Shown: in pieces, positions 1 through 9,751 of the stretch | How the letters are laid out: each line of letters starts with the position of its first letter | Position numbering within the stretch: the stretch's first letter is position 1 | Source: Nitrospirales bacterium | GTDB taxonomy: Bacteria; Nitrospirota; Nitrospiria; Nitrospirales; UBA8639 | NCBI GenBank assembly: GCA_963555755.3 | Contig: OY820905.2 | Coordinates: 4,384,001-4,448,000, forward strand | Reading direction: 5' to 3' | Length of the DNA stretch: 64,000 bases | Notes under the pieces: generated by a model | The model's database searches: none | Told to the model about the DNA's origin: nothing | Seen by the model: the letters and a program-made list of their open reading frames with translations, nothing else | Program-made: the position numbers and the translations under genes

Positions 1-545
1 GCCCAATAGCGAACCGCTGTACCGTCTCGTCACCACGCTGCTGGATGACCAAGGCGCACCCGCCCAGGACCTGGCTCAACTGTATCACGAGCGCTGGGAG
101 GTGGAATTGGTGTTTGATGAGCTGAAGACGCACCTGGGGCAACGTCGTCGCGTCCTGCGCAGTAAAACGCCAGAGTTGGTGCGTCAAGAGTTCTACGGAT
201 GGGTGATGGCCCACTACGCCGTGCGCTGGTTGATGTATCAAGGGGCCACCCAGGCAGACATCCCGGACCGCACAGTATCTTTTACGGCCACGGTGCAGTT
301 AGTGCGTCGAACCCTGCCCCAATCTGGGGCCCTTCCCCCCTGAGCGCCAAAAAACATGGTATCGGCTGCTGTTTGAGGCGACGGCAAAACTGTTGTGTGA
401 ATCCAGCCGGGGAAAAATCAAGCCGAGGATGGTGAAACGCCGAAACTCTCCATACGCACCGTACAAACGCCCGAGACCGCCCGTTGCGCAAATGGACTGG
501 ACACCATCCATCAAACCACCGAAGATATCTAAGTGAACAGTATTG
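1..545 (+). mobile_element. IS4-family insertion sequence, 3' part (truncated by window start)
   Basis: Near-identical to the reverse complement of 2542-4010; ends in terminal IR ATCTAAGTGAACAGTATTG (527-545); encodes the YHERWEVELVFDELK DDE motif. Confidence 0.95.
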
Positions 546-569
546 GGTCAGGTCTAACATTAATACATG
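546..569. repeat. REP-like sequence (GGTCAGGTCT.ACATT..TACA) upstream of RAYT; IS4 target
   Basis: Same sequence at 4011-4034; inverted partners TGTAGGAATGT.AGA.C.GACCC at ~745-767, ~951-975 and ~4116-4140. Confidence 0.8.
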
Positions 570-587
570 CCCTGTTGTACTCAAGCC

Positions 588-950
588 ATGGCCAGACCGT
601 TACGACTGGAATTTGCGGGTGCGGTGTATCATGTCACCGCAAGAGGAGATAGGCGCGAGGTCATCTCTCGGGCTGCTGACAATAGAGAACACGGGCTGGA
701 AGTCTTTGCCAGCGTCTGTGAAAGTTTCAACTGGGTCATGCAGGTGTAGGAATGTGAGACCCGACCCAATACTCCGGACCCTTGTCATTGGATGAATATC
801 ACCGACGCTCTCAGAGGAGATAATGAAGCGATGGCCAGGCTTATCTATCAGGGGCTTACACGATGGCGGAGATCGGCGGTCATTTTGGTCTACACTACTA
901 TATGACGGTGAGTCGAGCCGTGCAACAATTTGAAGGAACACAGCATCCCA
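588..950 (+). pseudogene. REP-associated tyrosine transposase (RAYT/Y1) remnant
   Basis: N-terminus MARPLRLEFAGAVYHVTARGDRRE (588-749); C-terminal HTH-like fragment YTMAEIGGHFGLHYYMTVSRAVQQFE (~857-940); the middle is missing and a REP sits at the break. Confidence 0.85.
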
Positions 951-1131
951 TGTAGGAATGTTAGAACTGACCCCCAACCTGCTATGGTCGGTTCTGACCA
1001 TGGTAATTTGCTTGTCGCTACCCTTTAGTATAGATGTAGGTTATTGTAGAAGTTCATTGAGTTTTCTCCTTTTTTGGTTTAGCCGCCTTCCAGTATAGCT
1101 GATATGGCTAAGCTGGGGGAGAAGGCTCAAT

Positions 1132-1200
1132 GAGTATCAAAGCAATGAACAGGGATTTTTCAAGCTACGCTTTCAAAATCCGTTATTGCGGTCGTTATGT
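1132..1200 (+). other. attC-like integron recombination site
   Basis: Imperfect palindrome GCAATGAAC/GTTATTGC, GGATTTT/AAAATCC, AAGC-TAC-GCTT ending in core GTTATGT (1194-1200); left core degenerate. Confidence 0.65.
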
Positions 1201-1225
1201 GTACACTAGGCTTAAAATGAAAGTA

Positions 1226-2237
1226 TATGCCTTCCCATTTGACTAAGGTTAGTCCCTAGACTAGTCTGCTGGACTATGGACACAGGGTATGCTGCTGATA
1301 TCTTGGATTTTTCTGTTAGGTTCCACACCGAAGAAGCGTGCTTCGAGTACTTGCGGGCGATTCGGTGGCCAGACGGGTTTATGTGTCCAGCTTGCGGTCA
1401 TCGCGGTGGTTGGTGGCTCAAAAAATATTTCCGGTTTGAGTGTTCGTCGTGTCATAGACAGACATCACCGCTAAGCGGCACAGTGATGCATAGATCGCAC
1501 TTGCCGCTACGGCTTTGGTTTTGGGCTGCCTATTTCGTCTCCACGCACACACCTGGCATCAGTGCTGTGCAATTGCAGCGTCAACTCAGTATCAAGAAGG
1601 TGGATAGCGCCTGGTATTTGCTCCACAGATTGCGACGAGGAATGGTACGACAGAACCGTGAACGGCTCGCAGGAACAGTTGAAGCCGATGAAACCCATAT
1701 CGGTGGACCGGTAAAAGGCAAAACGGGCCGTGGCGTCGCGAAAGCGAAAACCAAGACGTTAATAGCCGGAGCCGTAGAAATTGTCACGTACACACAAGGG
1801 GATCACTTTCGAGAGAAAGCAGGGCGTTTACGATTAGCGATTCTTCAAGACGCTGGAGAGAACGAGATCAAAGCATTCCTCAATAGCCATGTCGCTGAGG
1901 GCAGTAAGATCAAGTCCGATGGTTGGAAGGGATACTCGGCAAAAGCCTTGGCAGGATACGAACACCTGAGACGGACCCAGGGTGACCCAGCAAGTGCTGG
2001 GAAGCACGCTCCACACATCCATAGAGCGTTCGGCAATCTGCAGACCTGGCTGAACGGGATTCACCATGGAGTGGATTCAAAATACCTGCAACACTATCTT
2101 GATGAGTTTGTCTTTCGCTATAACCGCCGTGAGACTCCAATGAGTACCTTCCAGAGTTTGTTGAAAATCCTGACCAGCAGCTCAAAACCCTTGGGATTCA
2201 ATAAACTGAAGCAACCTTAGTTAAATGGGAAGGCATA
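1226..2237 (+). mobile_element. IS1595-family insertion sequence (ISSod11-like ends)
   Basis: IRs TATGCCTTCCCATTTGACTAAGGTT / AACCTTAGTTAAATGGGAAGGCATA; 8-bp TSD TGAAAGTA (1218-1225, 2238-2245). Confidence 0.92.
1276..2220 (+). CDS. IS1595-family transposase
   Basis: Zn ribbon CPAC...CSSC, VEADET, KSDGW and YLDEFVFRYNRR motifs. Confidence 0.95.
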   Translation: MDTGYAADILDFSVRFHTEEACFEYLRAIRWPDGFMCPACGHRGGWWLKKYFRFECSSCHRQTSPLSGTVMHRSHLPLRLWFWAAYFVSTHTPGISAVQLQRQLSIKKVDSAWYLLHRLRRGMVRQNRERLAGTVEADETHIGGPVKGKTGRGVAKAKTKTLIAGAVEIVTYTQGDHFREKAGRLRLAILQDAGENEIKAFLNSHVAEGSKIKSDGWKGYSAKALAGYEHLRRTQGDPASAGKHAPHIHRAFGNLQTWLNGIHHGVDSKYLQHYLDEFVFRYNRRETPMSTFQSLLKILTSSSKPLGFNKLKQP

Positions 2238-2491
2238 TGAAAGTATATATATTTGCAGCTTTATTTGGATTATTTGTAACTTTTTTGGGTCTTTTTGCAG
2301 GGCTACAACTATCTCCAATTCTGGGGAATATATTAGCCTTCCCGTTTGTCATATCCGCGATTATTACTGGTACTGGCGTTTTCACTTATTCTAGAAGTGT
2401 ATTTCTTGGTCTATTTTTATTTACTAGTTTGTTTTGGGCCGCAATATTTATTCTAATAATAAAACTCAAAACTATATTTTTTCACAATTAA
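2237..2491 (+). CDS. small hydrophobic membrane protein (cassette-like, AT-rich)
   Basis: 84-aa ORF MKVYIFAALF... with about three hydrophobic segments; lies between GTTATGT and ACATAAC. Confidence 0.65.
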   Translation: MKVYIFAALFGLFVTFLGLFAGLQLSPILGNILAFPFVISAIITGTGVFTYSRSVFLGLFLFTSLFWAAIFILIIKLKTIFFHN

Positions 2492-2541
2492 CAATGTTTA
2501 AACATAACAAGAATCCGGGGTTAGGGTCTGGGGTCAGGTCT

Positions 2542-4010
2542 CAATACTGTTCACTTAGATATCTTCGGTGGTTTGATGGATGGTGTCCAGTCAATTTGCG
2601 CAACGGGCGGTCTCGGACGTTTGTACGGTGCGTATGGAGAGTTTCGGCGTTTCACCATCCTCGGCTTGATTTTTCCACGACTGGATTCACACAACAGTTT
2701 CGCCGTCGCCTCAAACAGCAGCCGATACCATGTTTTTTGGCGCTCAGGGGGGAAGGGCCCCAGATTGGGGCAGGGTTCGACGCACTAACTGCACCGTGGC
2801 CGTAAAAGATACCGTGCGGTCAGGGATGTCTGCCTGGGTGGCCCCTTGATACATCAACCAGCGCACGGCGTAGTGGGCCATCACCCATCCGTAGAACTCT
2901 TGACGCACCAACTCTGGCGTTTTACTGCGCAGGACGCGACGACGTTGCCTCAGGTGCGTCTTCAGCTCATCAAACACCAATTCCACCTCCCAGCGCTCGT
3001 GATACAGTTGAGCCAGGTCCTGGGCGGGTGCGCCTTGGTCATCCAGCAGCGTGGTGACGAGACGGTACAGCGGTTCGCTATTGGGCCCCTGCGGTAAGAC
3101 ATACTCAATCACCCTGATGGCGATCCCATCAATTCGCTTTCTTCTGGCGCGTTCACTGGGATACAGATGGCTCAGGTACGAGCCATCGTCCAACAGCTTG
3201 TCAACTGGAAGGATCAAGCTCTTCGGCATGCGCCAGAGTAGTTGCGCTCCGGTCTGAAGGCCGGCCTGCCAATGGGCGTACCCGACAAAGCCGCGATCGG
3301 CCATGCAGAGCATGTCGGGCGTGAGGCGACGCACCAAGGGCGCGGCCACCTCCCATTCGGCCTGCTTATAGGCCCCTAGTTCGGCATCCAAAATGGCGTG
3401 ACTGGCACATTCCGTCAAAATGGCGCACTGGGCTTGGGGGTAGCCGGCCTGCCCGGTTCGGCTCCCTGGGTACCCAAAGGCTTGCACATTGGCTTCCTCA
3501 TCCGGGACCTCAAAGTTGGAGCCATCTATCGCGACGAGTCGGTAGCCTGCAAAAAAGGCGTGGGCATGCTCTGGACGAGCCAACGGGCGCAAGCAGCGCT
3601 GTCCAATGGCTTTCAGCGCCTTCCACGTCAGCCGTGAGCGGGCTTTGCTGATGGCTGATTTGACAACGGTCACGGGAGCAACGGGTTTGTGGTCTTTCCA
3701 TGCCAGCCCTTGGGCCACAGCGGCAAACACCGCTTCGTACGCGGCCTCGCTGTATAAGCTCAACGCCATGGTGTAGTACACCACGGCAGAAGCGGGAAAG
3801 GTGCGGACACGTTCACTGTTACAATGATGTGCGTCAAGTTCTTCGTTGATGATGGCCACCGGAAAGGCACGAGCCAGTAATCCCGTGCTCAAATAATCCG
3901 CCAATCGAGCCCCCGCCCCCAAGCCGACTTTCTTTCTTGCCATGTTGCCTCCTCCCAGATTACGTGTGGAGGCGAAGTATAACAGATTTTCATCTAAGTG
4001 AACAGTATTG
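2542..4010 (-). mobile_element. IS4-family insertion sequence, complete
   Basis: IRs CAATACTGTTCACTTAGAT / ATCTAAGTGAACAGTATTG; 10-bp TSD GGTCAGGTCT (2532-2541, 4011-4020). Confidence 0.97.
2744..3943 (-). CDS. IS4-family transposase
   Basis: LVAIDGS, MADRGF and YHERWEVE..FDELK motifs; a C-terminal extension lies in the +1 frame. Confidence 0.95.
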   Translation of the reverse strand: MARKKVGLGAGARLADYLSTGLLARAFPVAIINEELDAHHCNSERVRTFPASAVVYYTMALSLYSEAAYEAVFAAVAQGLAWKDHKPVAPVTVVKSAISKARSRLTWKALKAIGQRCLRPLARPEHAHAFFAGYRLVAIDGSNFEVPDEEANVQAFGYPGSRTGQAGYPQAQCAILTECASHAILDAELGAYKQAEWEVAAPLVRRLTPDMLCMADRGFVGYAHWQAGLQTGAQLLWRMPKSLILPVDKLLDDGSYLSHLYPSERARRKRIDGIAIRVIEYVLPQGPNSEPLYRLVTTLLDDQGAPAQDLAQLYHERWEVELVFDELKTHLRQRRRVLRSKTPELVRQEFYGWVMAHYAVRWLMYQGATQADIPDRTVSFTATVQLVRRTLPQSGALPP

Positions 4011-4177
4011 GGTCAGGTCTCACATTCCTACATGCCCTGTTGTACTCAAGCCATGGCCAGCAAATTCCAGCCGTAACAGCAAATTCCAGCCGTAAAGGTT
4101 TTGCCAAGCAAAGCATGTAGGAATGTGAGAACTGACCCCTCCACAGAACTGACCCCACCACCCACCATGACCAGCAC

Positions 4178-5110
4178 CTAAAATATTGATAATTTCGTTC
4201 TGGTCGTTAAAAATTCAAGAATTTTCATGCCTTTATACGAGTTGCCTTTGGCATTTAATTTTGGGCTCCAAACCGCAATACTAAAGTGCCCGGGGTAAAT
4301 AGCGATAATCCCACCGCCGACTCCACTTTTTCCCGGCAATCCCACCTTAAAGGAAAACTCTCCGGCTTCGTCATAAAACCCGCAGAGTTGCATAATGGCA
4401 TTGATCCGCTTGGATTTACTCACATTCACCACGCGTTCATGGGTGAGTGGATGAACCCCCTTGGCGGCAAGAAACAAAAACCCTTGAGCTAATTCCTTAC
4501 ATGTCATTTCAATGGAGCAGAGATGGAAATATAAGTCTAAAACGATCTCGATATCATTGTGAATATTGCCAAAGGTCTTCATTAAATTAATGAGGGCCGC
4601 GTTGGTATAGCCCGTTAATTTTTCTGATTCAGCAACCCGGGGGCAGTAATCTATCGTGGGATTCCCGGATACCTTTCTCGTGAATTCAAGAAATTCTTGT
4701 TTAGGGTGTTGCAGGCGGCTTACCAGAATATCGCAAAGGACCAAGGCGCCCGCATTGATGAACGGGTTACGAGGAATTCCCTTTTCATATTCTAATTGAA
4801 CCAATGAATTAAACGGGGTGCCGGAGGGTTCCACCCCGACTCTCTCCCACAAAAAATCATCTTCCAATTCAAAGGCTAAGACCAAGGATAATACTTTGGA
4901 AATACTTTGAATCGAAAATTTATCATTGGAATCGCCCAAGCTATAATTCTGATTATCGATGGTGGTCAGATGAATGCCAAATTTCTTGGGATCCACATTT
5001 CGTAATTCAGGGATATAGGAAGCCAGATGGCCGATGTCTTTCAAGTGTCGTAATTCGATCGCCATGTCCGAAAATAGTTTTTTATAATCCAGACCCTGAT
5101 CGGATTTCAT
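4178..5110 (-). CDS. glsA: glutaminase
   Basis: YIPEL, FSIQSISK, NPFINAGA and VGLPGKSGVGGGI motifs. Confidence 0.95.
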   Translation of the reverse strand: MKSDQGLDYKKLFSDMAIELRHLKDIGHLASYIPELRNVDPKKFGIHLTTIDNQNYSLGDSNDKFSIQSISKVLSLVLAFELEDDFLWERVGVEPSGTPFNSLVQLEYEKGIPRNPFINAGALVLCDILVSRLQHPKQEFLEFTRKVSGNPTIDYCPRVAESEKLTGYTNAALINLMKTFGNIHNDIEIVLDLYFHLCSIEMTCKELAQGFLFLAAKGVHPLTHERVVNVSKSKRINAIMQLCGFYDEAGEFSFKVGLPGKSGVGGGIIAIYPGHFSIAVWSPKLNAKGNSYKGMKILEFLTTRTKLSIF

Positions 5111-5457
5111 GTCAAATACTCACGAGGGTAAGGGATGACCACTTGCCAGCTTTAAGATTGCAGCTGTAAGTCTAGACTCCGTGTTCCCGTGTCGCAAGAT
5201 AGATTCGCACAGCTAGTGCCTACGCCTTTTCCAGTCTTGCAGTCGGTACAATAGGTGGGATCCTGGGAAGCCCCATGGCCACGTCTGCACCTACCCTGAG
5301 TTGGAATACTTTTCCAGAGCTGGGGGTCCACTGGGAGGCAGTCTTCGCATTTCTACCAGGGGACTGTTGAAAATTGCGTCACTGTAAGGCATCGGTTATA
5401 CTCCTTTTCGAAATTTGGTAATCGGAAAATTCCCTTAGAATACTATTTGGAGCATTC

Positions 5458-6894
5458 ATGGAACCTCAAGCCGTTGAACTTGCACATTTTTCGCTGCATG
5501 AGAGCGAAATCCAGCATGCCTTGGGTCGGGTGAAGGTCAAGGATGTTGATTACGCCGATATTTATATCGAATCGACAATCTCTGAATCAGTGTCCATGGA
5601 AGAAGGCATCGTCAAGCGGGCGGTGAAAAGTATTTCTCAAGGTGCGGGCGTTCGAGCCACGGCTGGGGAAAAGACCGGGTTTGCGTATTCCGACGAAATC
5701 TCGAAACGGGATTTGGAAATTGCCGCGGATACCGCTCGGTACATTGCGAGTTCTCCGCAGGGGGAAACGCCTATTGCGGTGACGCATCGTCCACCGCTTG
5801 CACAAAATCTCTATCCCATCGACCAACCCAACACTGCCATTGCGACCCAAGATCGGGTCGATCTGCTGAATCTCATCGATGTGGAAGCCAGGCGGTACGA
5901 TTCGCGCATTACCAAAGTCATGGCGTCATTCAACACCGAGCACAAGGTCATCATGGTGGCGACAACCGATGGTTTGTTGGTGGGGGATGTTCAACCGCTC
6001 TCTCGCTTGCAAGTGACGTGTATTGCCGAGGAGGGGACGAATCGGCAAGTCGGGTCGTACGGGGGTGGGGGGCGAATTGGGTTTTCATTTTATCTTGAAC
6101 AGGATCGCGCTCGTGAATACGCACGAGAAGCCGCGCGCCAAGCGATATTGAACTTGAGTGCCGTGGATGCCCCAGCTGGCGTCATGCCGGTGGTTTTGGC
6201 CGGGGGTTGGCCGGGGATTCTGTTGCATGAAGCCATCGGGCATGGGCTGGAAGCGGATTTTAATCGAAAGAAAACCTCAGCGTTTAGCAATCTCCTTGGC
6301 CAACGCGTGGCTTCGGAAGTGTGTACTATTGTCGATGATGGCACGCTGCCCGCACGGCGCGGGTCGCTGAATATTGATGATGAGGGTACGCCAACAACGC
6401 GGACCGTTTTAATCGAAGACGGGATTTTACGCGGCTATATTACCGATCGTCTCAATGCCCGGCTCATGGGGATTCCCCTGACTGGTAATGGTCGACGGGA
6501 AGATTTTCGGAGCATCGTATTGCCACGGATGACCAATACCTTCATGTTAGCCGGGAAATCTGATCCGGAAGAAATCATTGGCTCCGTCAAGAATGGCCTG
6601 TATGCGGCCTCCTTTGGTGGCGGGCAAGTTGATATTACGAATGGCAAGTTTGTGTTTTCCGCGAGCGAGGCCTATTTGATCGAAGATGGGGTGGTGACGA
6701 AACCTGTCAAAGGTGCGACCCTGATTGGCAGTGGCCCAGAAATTCTTAAACAGGTTTCGATGGTGGGGCATGACCTGAAGTTGGATTCGGGGATCGGGAC
6801 CTGTGGAAAAGAAGGGCAATCCGTTCCCGTTGGTGTGGGTCTTCCCACGATTCGCATTGATGAAATTACCGTTGGTGGAACCGCTGCTTCATAG
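5458..6894 (+). CDS. tldD: metalloprotease TldD
   Basis: LLHEAIGHGLEADFNRK, PRMTNT and CGKEGQSVPVGVG motifs. Confidence 0.95.
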   Translation: MEPQAVELAHFSLHESEIQHALGRVKVKDVDYADIYIESTISESVSMEEGIVKRAVKSISQGAGVRATAGEKTGFAYSDEISKRDLEIAADTARYIASSPQGETPIAVTHRPPLAQNLYPIDQPNTAIATQDRVDLLNLIDVEARRYDSRITKVMASFNTEHKVIMVATTDGLLVGDVQPLSRLQVTCIAEEGTNRQVGSYGGGGRIGFSFYLEQDRAREYAREAARQAILNLSAVDAPAGVMPVVLAGGWPGILLHEAIGHGLEADFNRKKTSAFSNLLGQRVASEVCTIVDDGTLPARRGSLNIDDEGTPTTRTVLIEDGILRGYITDRLNARLMGIPLTGNGRREDFRSIVLPRMTNTFMLAGKSDPEEIIGSVKNGLYAASFGGGQVDITNGKFVFSASEAYLIEDGVVTKPVKGATLIGSGPEILKQVSMVGHDLKLDSGIGTCGKEGQSVPVGVGLPTIRIDEITVGGTAAS

Positions 6895-6904
6895 TAACTA
6901 TTCA

Positions 6905-7112
6905 GGTTCAGAGTTAATGAGTGACTGGTTCACGGTTTAGGGTAGACAGAGGAAGCCAAAAGGGTTTGGAACTATGTATTCGTGGCAAAAAGGCTATAAA
7001 AAAACCCAAGAAAGCCAACCCCGAACCCCGAACTTTGAACCCCGAACCCTGAACCCTGAACCCTTAACCTTGAACCCTGAACCCTGAACCCTGAACCTTG
7101 AACCTTGACCCT
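6905..7112. repeat. degenerate heptamer tandem array (AACCCTG/AACCCCG/AACCTTG) with a short inverted partner
   Basis: About 13 units at 7017-7112; GGTTCA/GGTTTAGGG units at 6905-6942. Confidence 0.9.
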
Positions 7113-7171
7113 AAGCAATTAAGTTTTTTGTTTATCCTCACCTCCTACTTTTTACCAAGGATTGCGCAATC

Positions 7172-8533
7172 ATGACCGACCCCTCAGACCACCTTCGTGA
7201 CGTGGCTGCTGATTTAATTACTCGAGCAAAAGCCCATGGGGTAACGAGTGCAGATGTGCTGGTCGCTGAAGGCGATTCGGTGTCGGTTCAGGTTCGGTTG
7301 TCTGCGGTGGATCGTCTCAGCAAGGCCAGGGAAAAGAACTTGGGCATTCGCGTGTTTTTTGGAAAGCGGTCGGCGAGCACGTCTACCTCGGATTTTACGC
7401 CGGAATCATTGGATCAGTTAGTGACTGATACCTGCACGCTCGCTAAAGCTGTGGCCGAAGATGATACGTCCGGATTGCCGGATGAAGGGGCGATGGCCAG
7501 TGATCATCCTGATTTAGATCTGTTCGATCCGACAACGCTGACTATAGATGAAGAGATTGCGTTGGCTCGGCGGGCTGAAGATGCTGCGATGGCAGCGGAT
7601 GCACGGATCACAAATTCGGAAGGAGCTGATTGTGCCTACGGGAACGGTTCAGTGGTCTTAGCCAATACCCATGGGTTTCTTGACTCTCATCGTAGCTCAC
7701 GATTTTCGTTGTCCGTATCACCCATTGCCGTTGATGAAAAAAATGGCGGCGGGATGCAACGCGATTCATGGTACACCATCAAGCGAAACTACTCGTTACT
7801 CGATACGCCGGAATCCATCGGGCAGATTGCTGCGAAGCGTACGATTCGCCGGTTAGGCGCGACCAAAGTGAGCACGCAGCGTGTTCCGGTCATCTTTGAT
7901 ACGGAAACCGCTGAGAGTTTGTTGGGACATCTGGCCAGCGCTATCTCGGGATATACTCTATACAAGGGCGCGTCATTTCTTCTTGGACAATTGGGGAAGC
8001 GGATTGCGCCGGAGTTTGTCTGCGTCGAGGACGATGGACGCTTGGTTGGTGGCCTGGGATCGAGGCCATTTGATGGAGAGGGCTTAGCCACCCGGAGAAA
8101 CATCATTCTGGAGAATGGGGTGCTGTCCAGTTATTTGCTAGATACCTATTCCGGACGAAAGTTAGGAATGCCTTCCACGGGGAATGCTGCGCGAAGTGTG
8201 GGGGAGAATCCTTCTGTGGCGACCACGAATTTCTTTTTGCGACCTGGGACCACGACTCCGAAAGAGATTATTGGTTCGGTGAAGCAAGGGTTGTATGTCA
8301 CGGAATTGATCGGGTTTGGCGTGAACATGTTGACGGGTGATTATTCGCGTGGTGCCTCGGGGCTTTGGATTGAGAATGGTGAACTGGCGTATCCTGTGGA
8401 AGAAGTGACCATTGCGGGAAATTTGAAACAGATTTTTGAGCAGATCGAAGTCATTGGGAACGATCTGGAGTTTCGCGGGCGAATGGCAAGCCCCACGATA
8501 AAAATTGCCGAGATGACGGTTGCTGGGAATTAG
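7172..8533 (+). CDS. pmbA: TldE/PmbA protein
   Basis: SRPFDGEG, TGDYSRGASG and PVEEVTIAGNL motifs; follows tldD. Confidence 0.93.
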   Translation: MTDPSDHLRDVAADLITRAKAHGVTSADVLVAEGDSVSVQVRLSAVDRLSKAREKNLGIRVFFGKRSASTSTSDFTPESLDQLVTDTCTLAKAVAEDDTSGLPDEGAMASDHPDLDLFDPTTLTIDEEIALARRAEDAAMAADARITNSEGADCAYGNGSVVLANTHGFLDSHRSSRFSLSVSPIAVDEKNGGGMQRDSWYTIKRNYSLLDTPESIGQIAAKRTIRRLGATKVSTQRVPVIFDTETAESLLGHLASAISGYTLYKGASFLLGQLGKRIAPEFVCVEDDGRLVGGLGSRPFDGEGLATRRNIILENGVLSSYLLDTYSGRKLGMPSTGNAARSVGENPSVATTNFFLRPGTTTPKEIIGSVKQGLYVTELIGFGVNMLTGDYSRGASGLWIENGELAYPVEEVTIAGNLKQIFEQIEVIGNDLEFRGRMASPTIKIAEMTVAGN

Positions 8534-8583
8534 GGGTTCGCGCGAGAATGTCAACCTGGTCAACCAAAATTTGAAGGACATAT

Positions 8584-8856
8584 GTGGCACGATTCACGTT
8601 GGAGGAATTCTCAGAGCGACGGCCGAAGTTGGTCTATATTGCGGGAAACGTGGTGGATGCTAAACACGTGGAAGCCGCACTCAGTGAAATTCAAATTGAT
8701 TACGCCATGAATGTTGAACCCTATGCCAACAATTCGTTTCTCGAGGGCACCTATCACGGTGTGTTTTTTTATGTGTCGGAAGGCGAGGCGCCACGAAGTC
8801 GGGAATGCTTGAATGGCCGTGGCTTCACCAATACCCTTGCCCTAGAAGATCAGTAA
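8584..8856 (+). CDS. hypothetical protein
   Basis: 90-aa ORF, GTG start after GAAGGA. Confidence 0.7.
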   Translation: MARFTLEEFSERRPKLVYIAGNVVDAKHVEAALSEIQIDYAMNVEPYANNSFLEGTYHGVFFYVSEGEAPRSRECLNGRGFTNTLALEDQ

Positions 8857-8940
8857 AGGGACTGTATGGGACGGTTGAATAATTCGAAATTTCCCGTGCC
8901 TGAATCCCGTTTGAAATCTTTCATGAATCATCAATAGCAG

Positions 8941-9062
8941 AGGGCTCGTTCAAAAAGGCCGTCCAGCAAGGCCGCAGGCCCGTTGGCGCGCGGAGCGTAC
9001 TCGGGTACGTGAGCACGACAACGGGCCGAGAACGCCGCTGGCGGACTTTTTGAACGGGCCCT
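8941..9062 (+). mobile_element. MITE family A
   Basis: TIR ...GTTCAAAAAG / CTTTTTGAAC...; core CAGCAAGGCCGC...GAGAACGCCGCTG; nine copies in window. Confidence 0.85.
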
Positions 9063-9074
9063 GAATAGGAGTGA

Positions 9075-9587
9075 ATGATGCCGTTAGATACTGAAGATGG
9101 AGCCAAAGCGTTACAACTGATTACCTCTCGTTATGATGCACGCGAATGGCGAAAGAAAATTGAAAAAACCTTGAGCCTACCACCGAAAGGCATGGAAGAT
9201 GACGTGCAGCGGAAAATTTTTTTGCATCTCAAGCTGGCGTTGCAAGCGTATAAATCACGACGTGCCGACGCCCCGGCTTGGGTGGTGGGCGGGTATGGCA
9301 CGAAAGAAGTCATTGATCGAGCCAAGCTTCGTCCCACGGAAATTGATCCCGCGATGACTCCAGATCAGGTGGCGTTTTTGGGGGAAGACCCTGGTTCTGA
9401 AGTTGATCAAACTTGGTGGGAAGACATGCTCGTGAAGTGGTTTGAAGAGCCTGAAGAAGAGGTGGTTGAAGCGGAAGCTTCTGATGAAGAAGGCGAAGAC
9501 GACGAAGAAGGGGAAGACGGTAAAGACGGTTCTGATACCGCTGCATCGGATTCGGATACATCCGAACCAACGAAAAAATCAACATAG
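9075..9587 (+). CDS. hypothetical protein with acidic C-terminal tail
   Basis: 170-aa ORF, AGGAG RBS. Confidence 0.85.
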   Translation: MMPLDTEDGAKALQLITSRYDAREWRKKIEKTLSLPPKGMEDDVQRKIFLHLKLALQAYKSRRADAPAWVVGGYGTKEVIDRAKLRPTEIDPAMTPDQVAFLGEDPGSEVDQTWWEDMLVKWFEEPEEEVVEAEASDEEGEDDEEGEDGKDGSDTAASDSDTSEPTKKST

Positions 9588-9751
9588 GAGTTTTGTGTCT
9601 CCCTGCCTTGTGCTCGCACGATGGGCTGGGCAATTTTTAGGTGGCTCTTTGCCTAATTGTGCGGGTACTTTTTTTTGAAGATTCCCACTCAACTTCCCCT
9701 TTCCCAAAGGGGGAGATATACAATACCCTCTCACCAATGCTTCTCCTTGAA

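Noticed and set aside
7017..7112. Telomere-like AACCCT. repeats
   Set aside because: Internal and degenerate; one of several heptamer arrays with different words.
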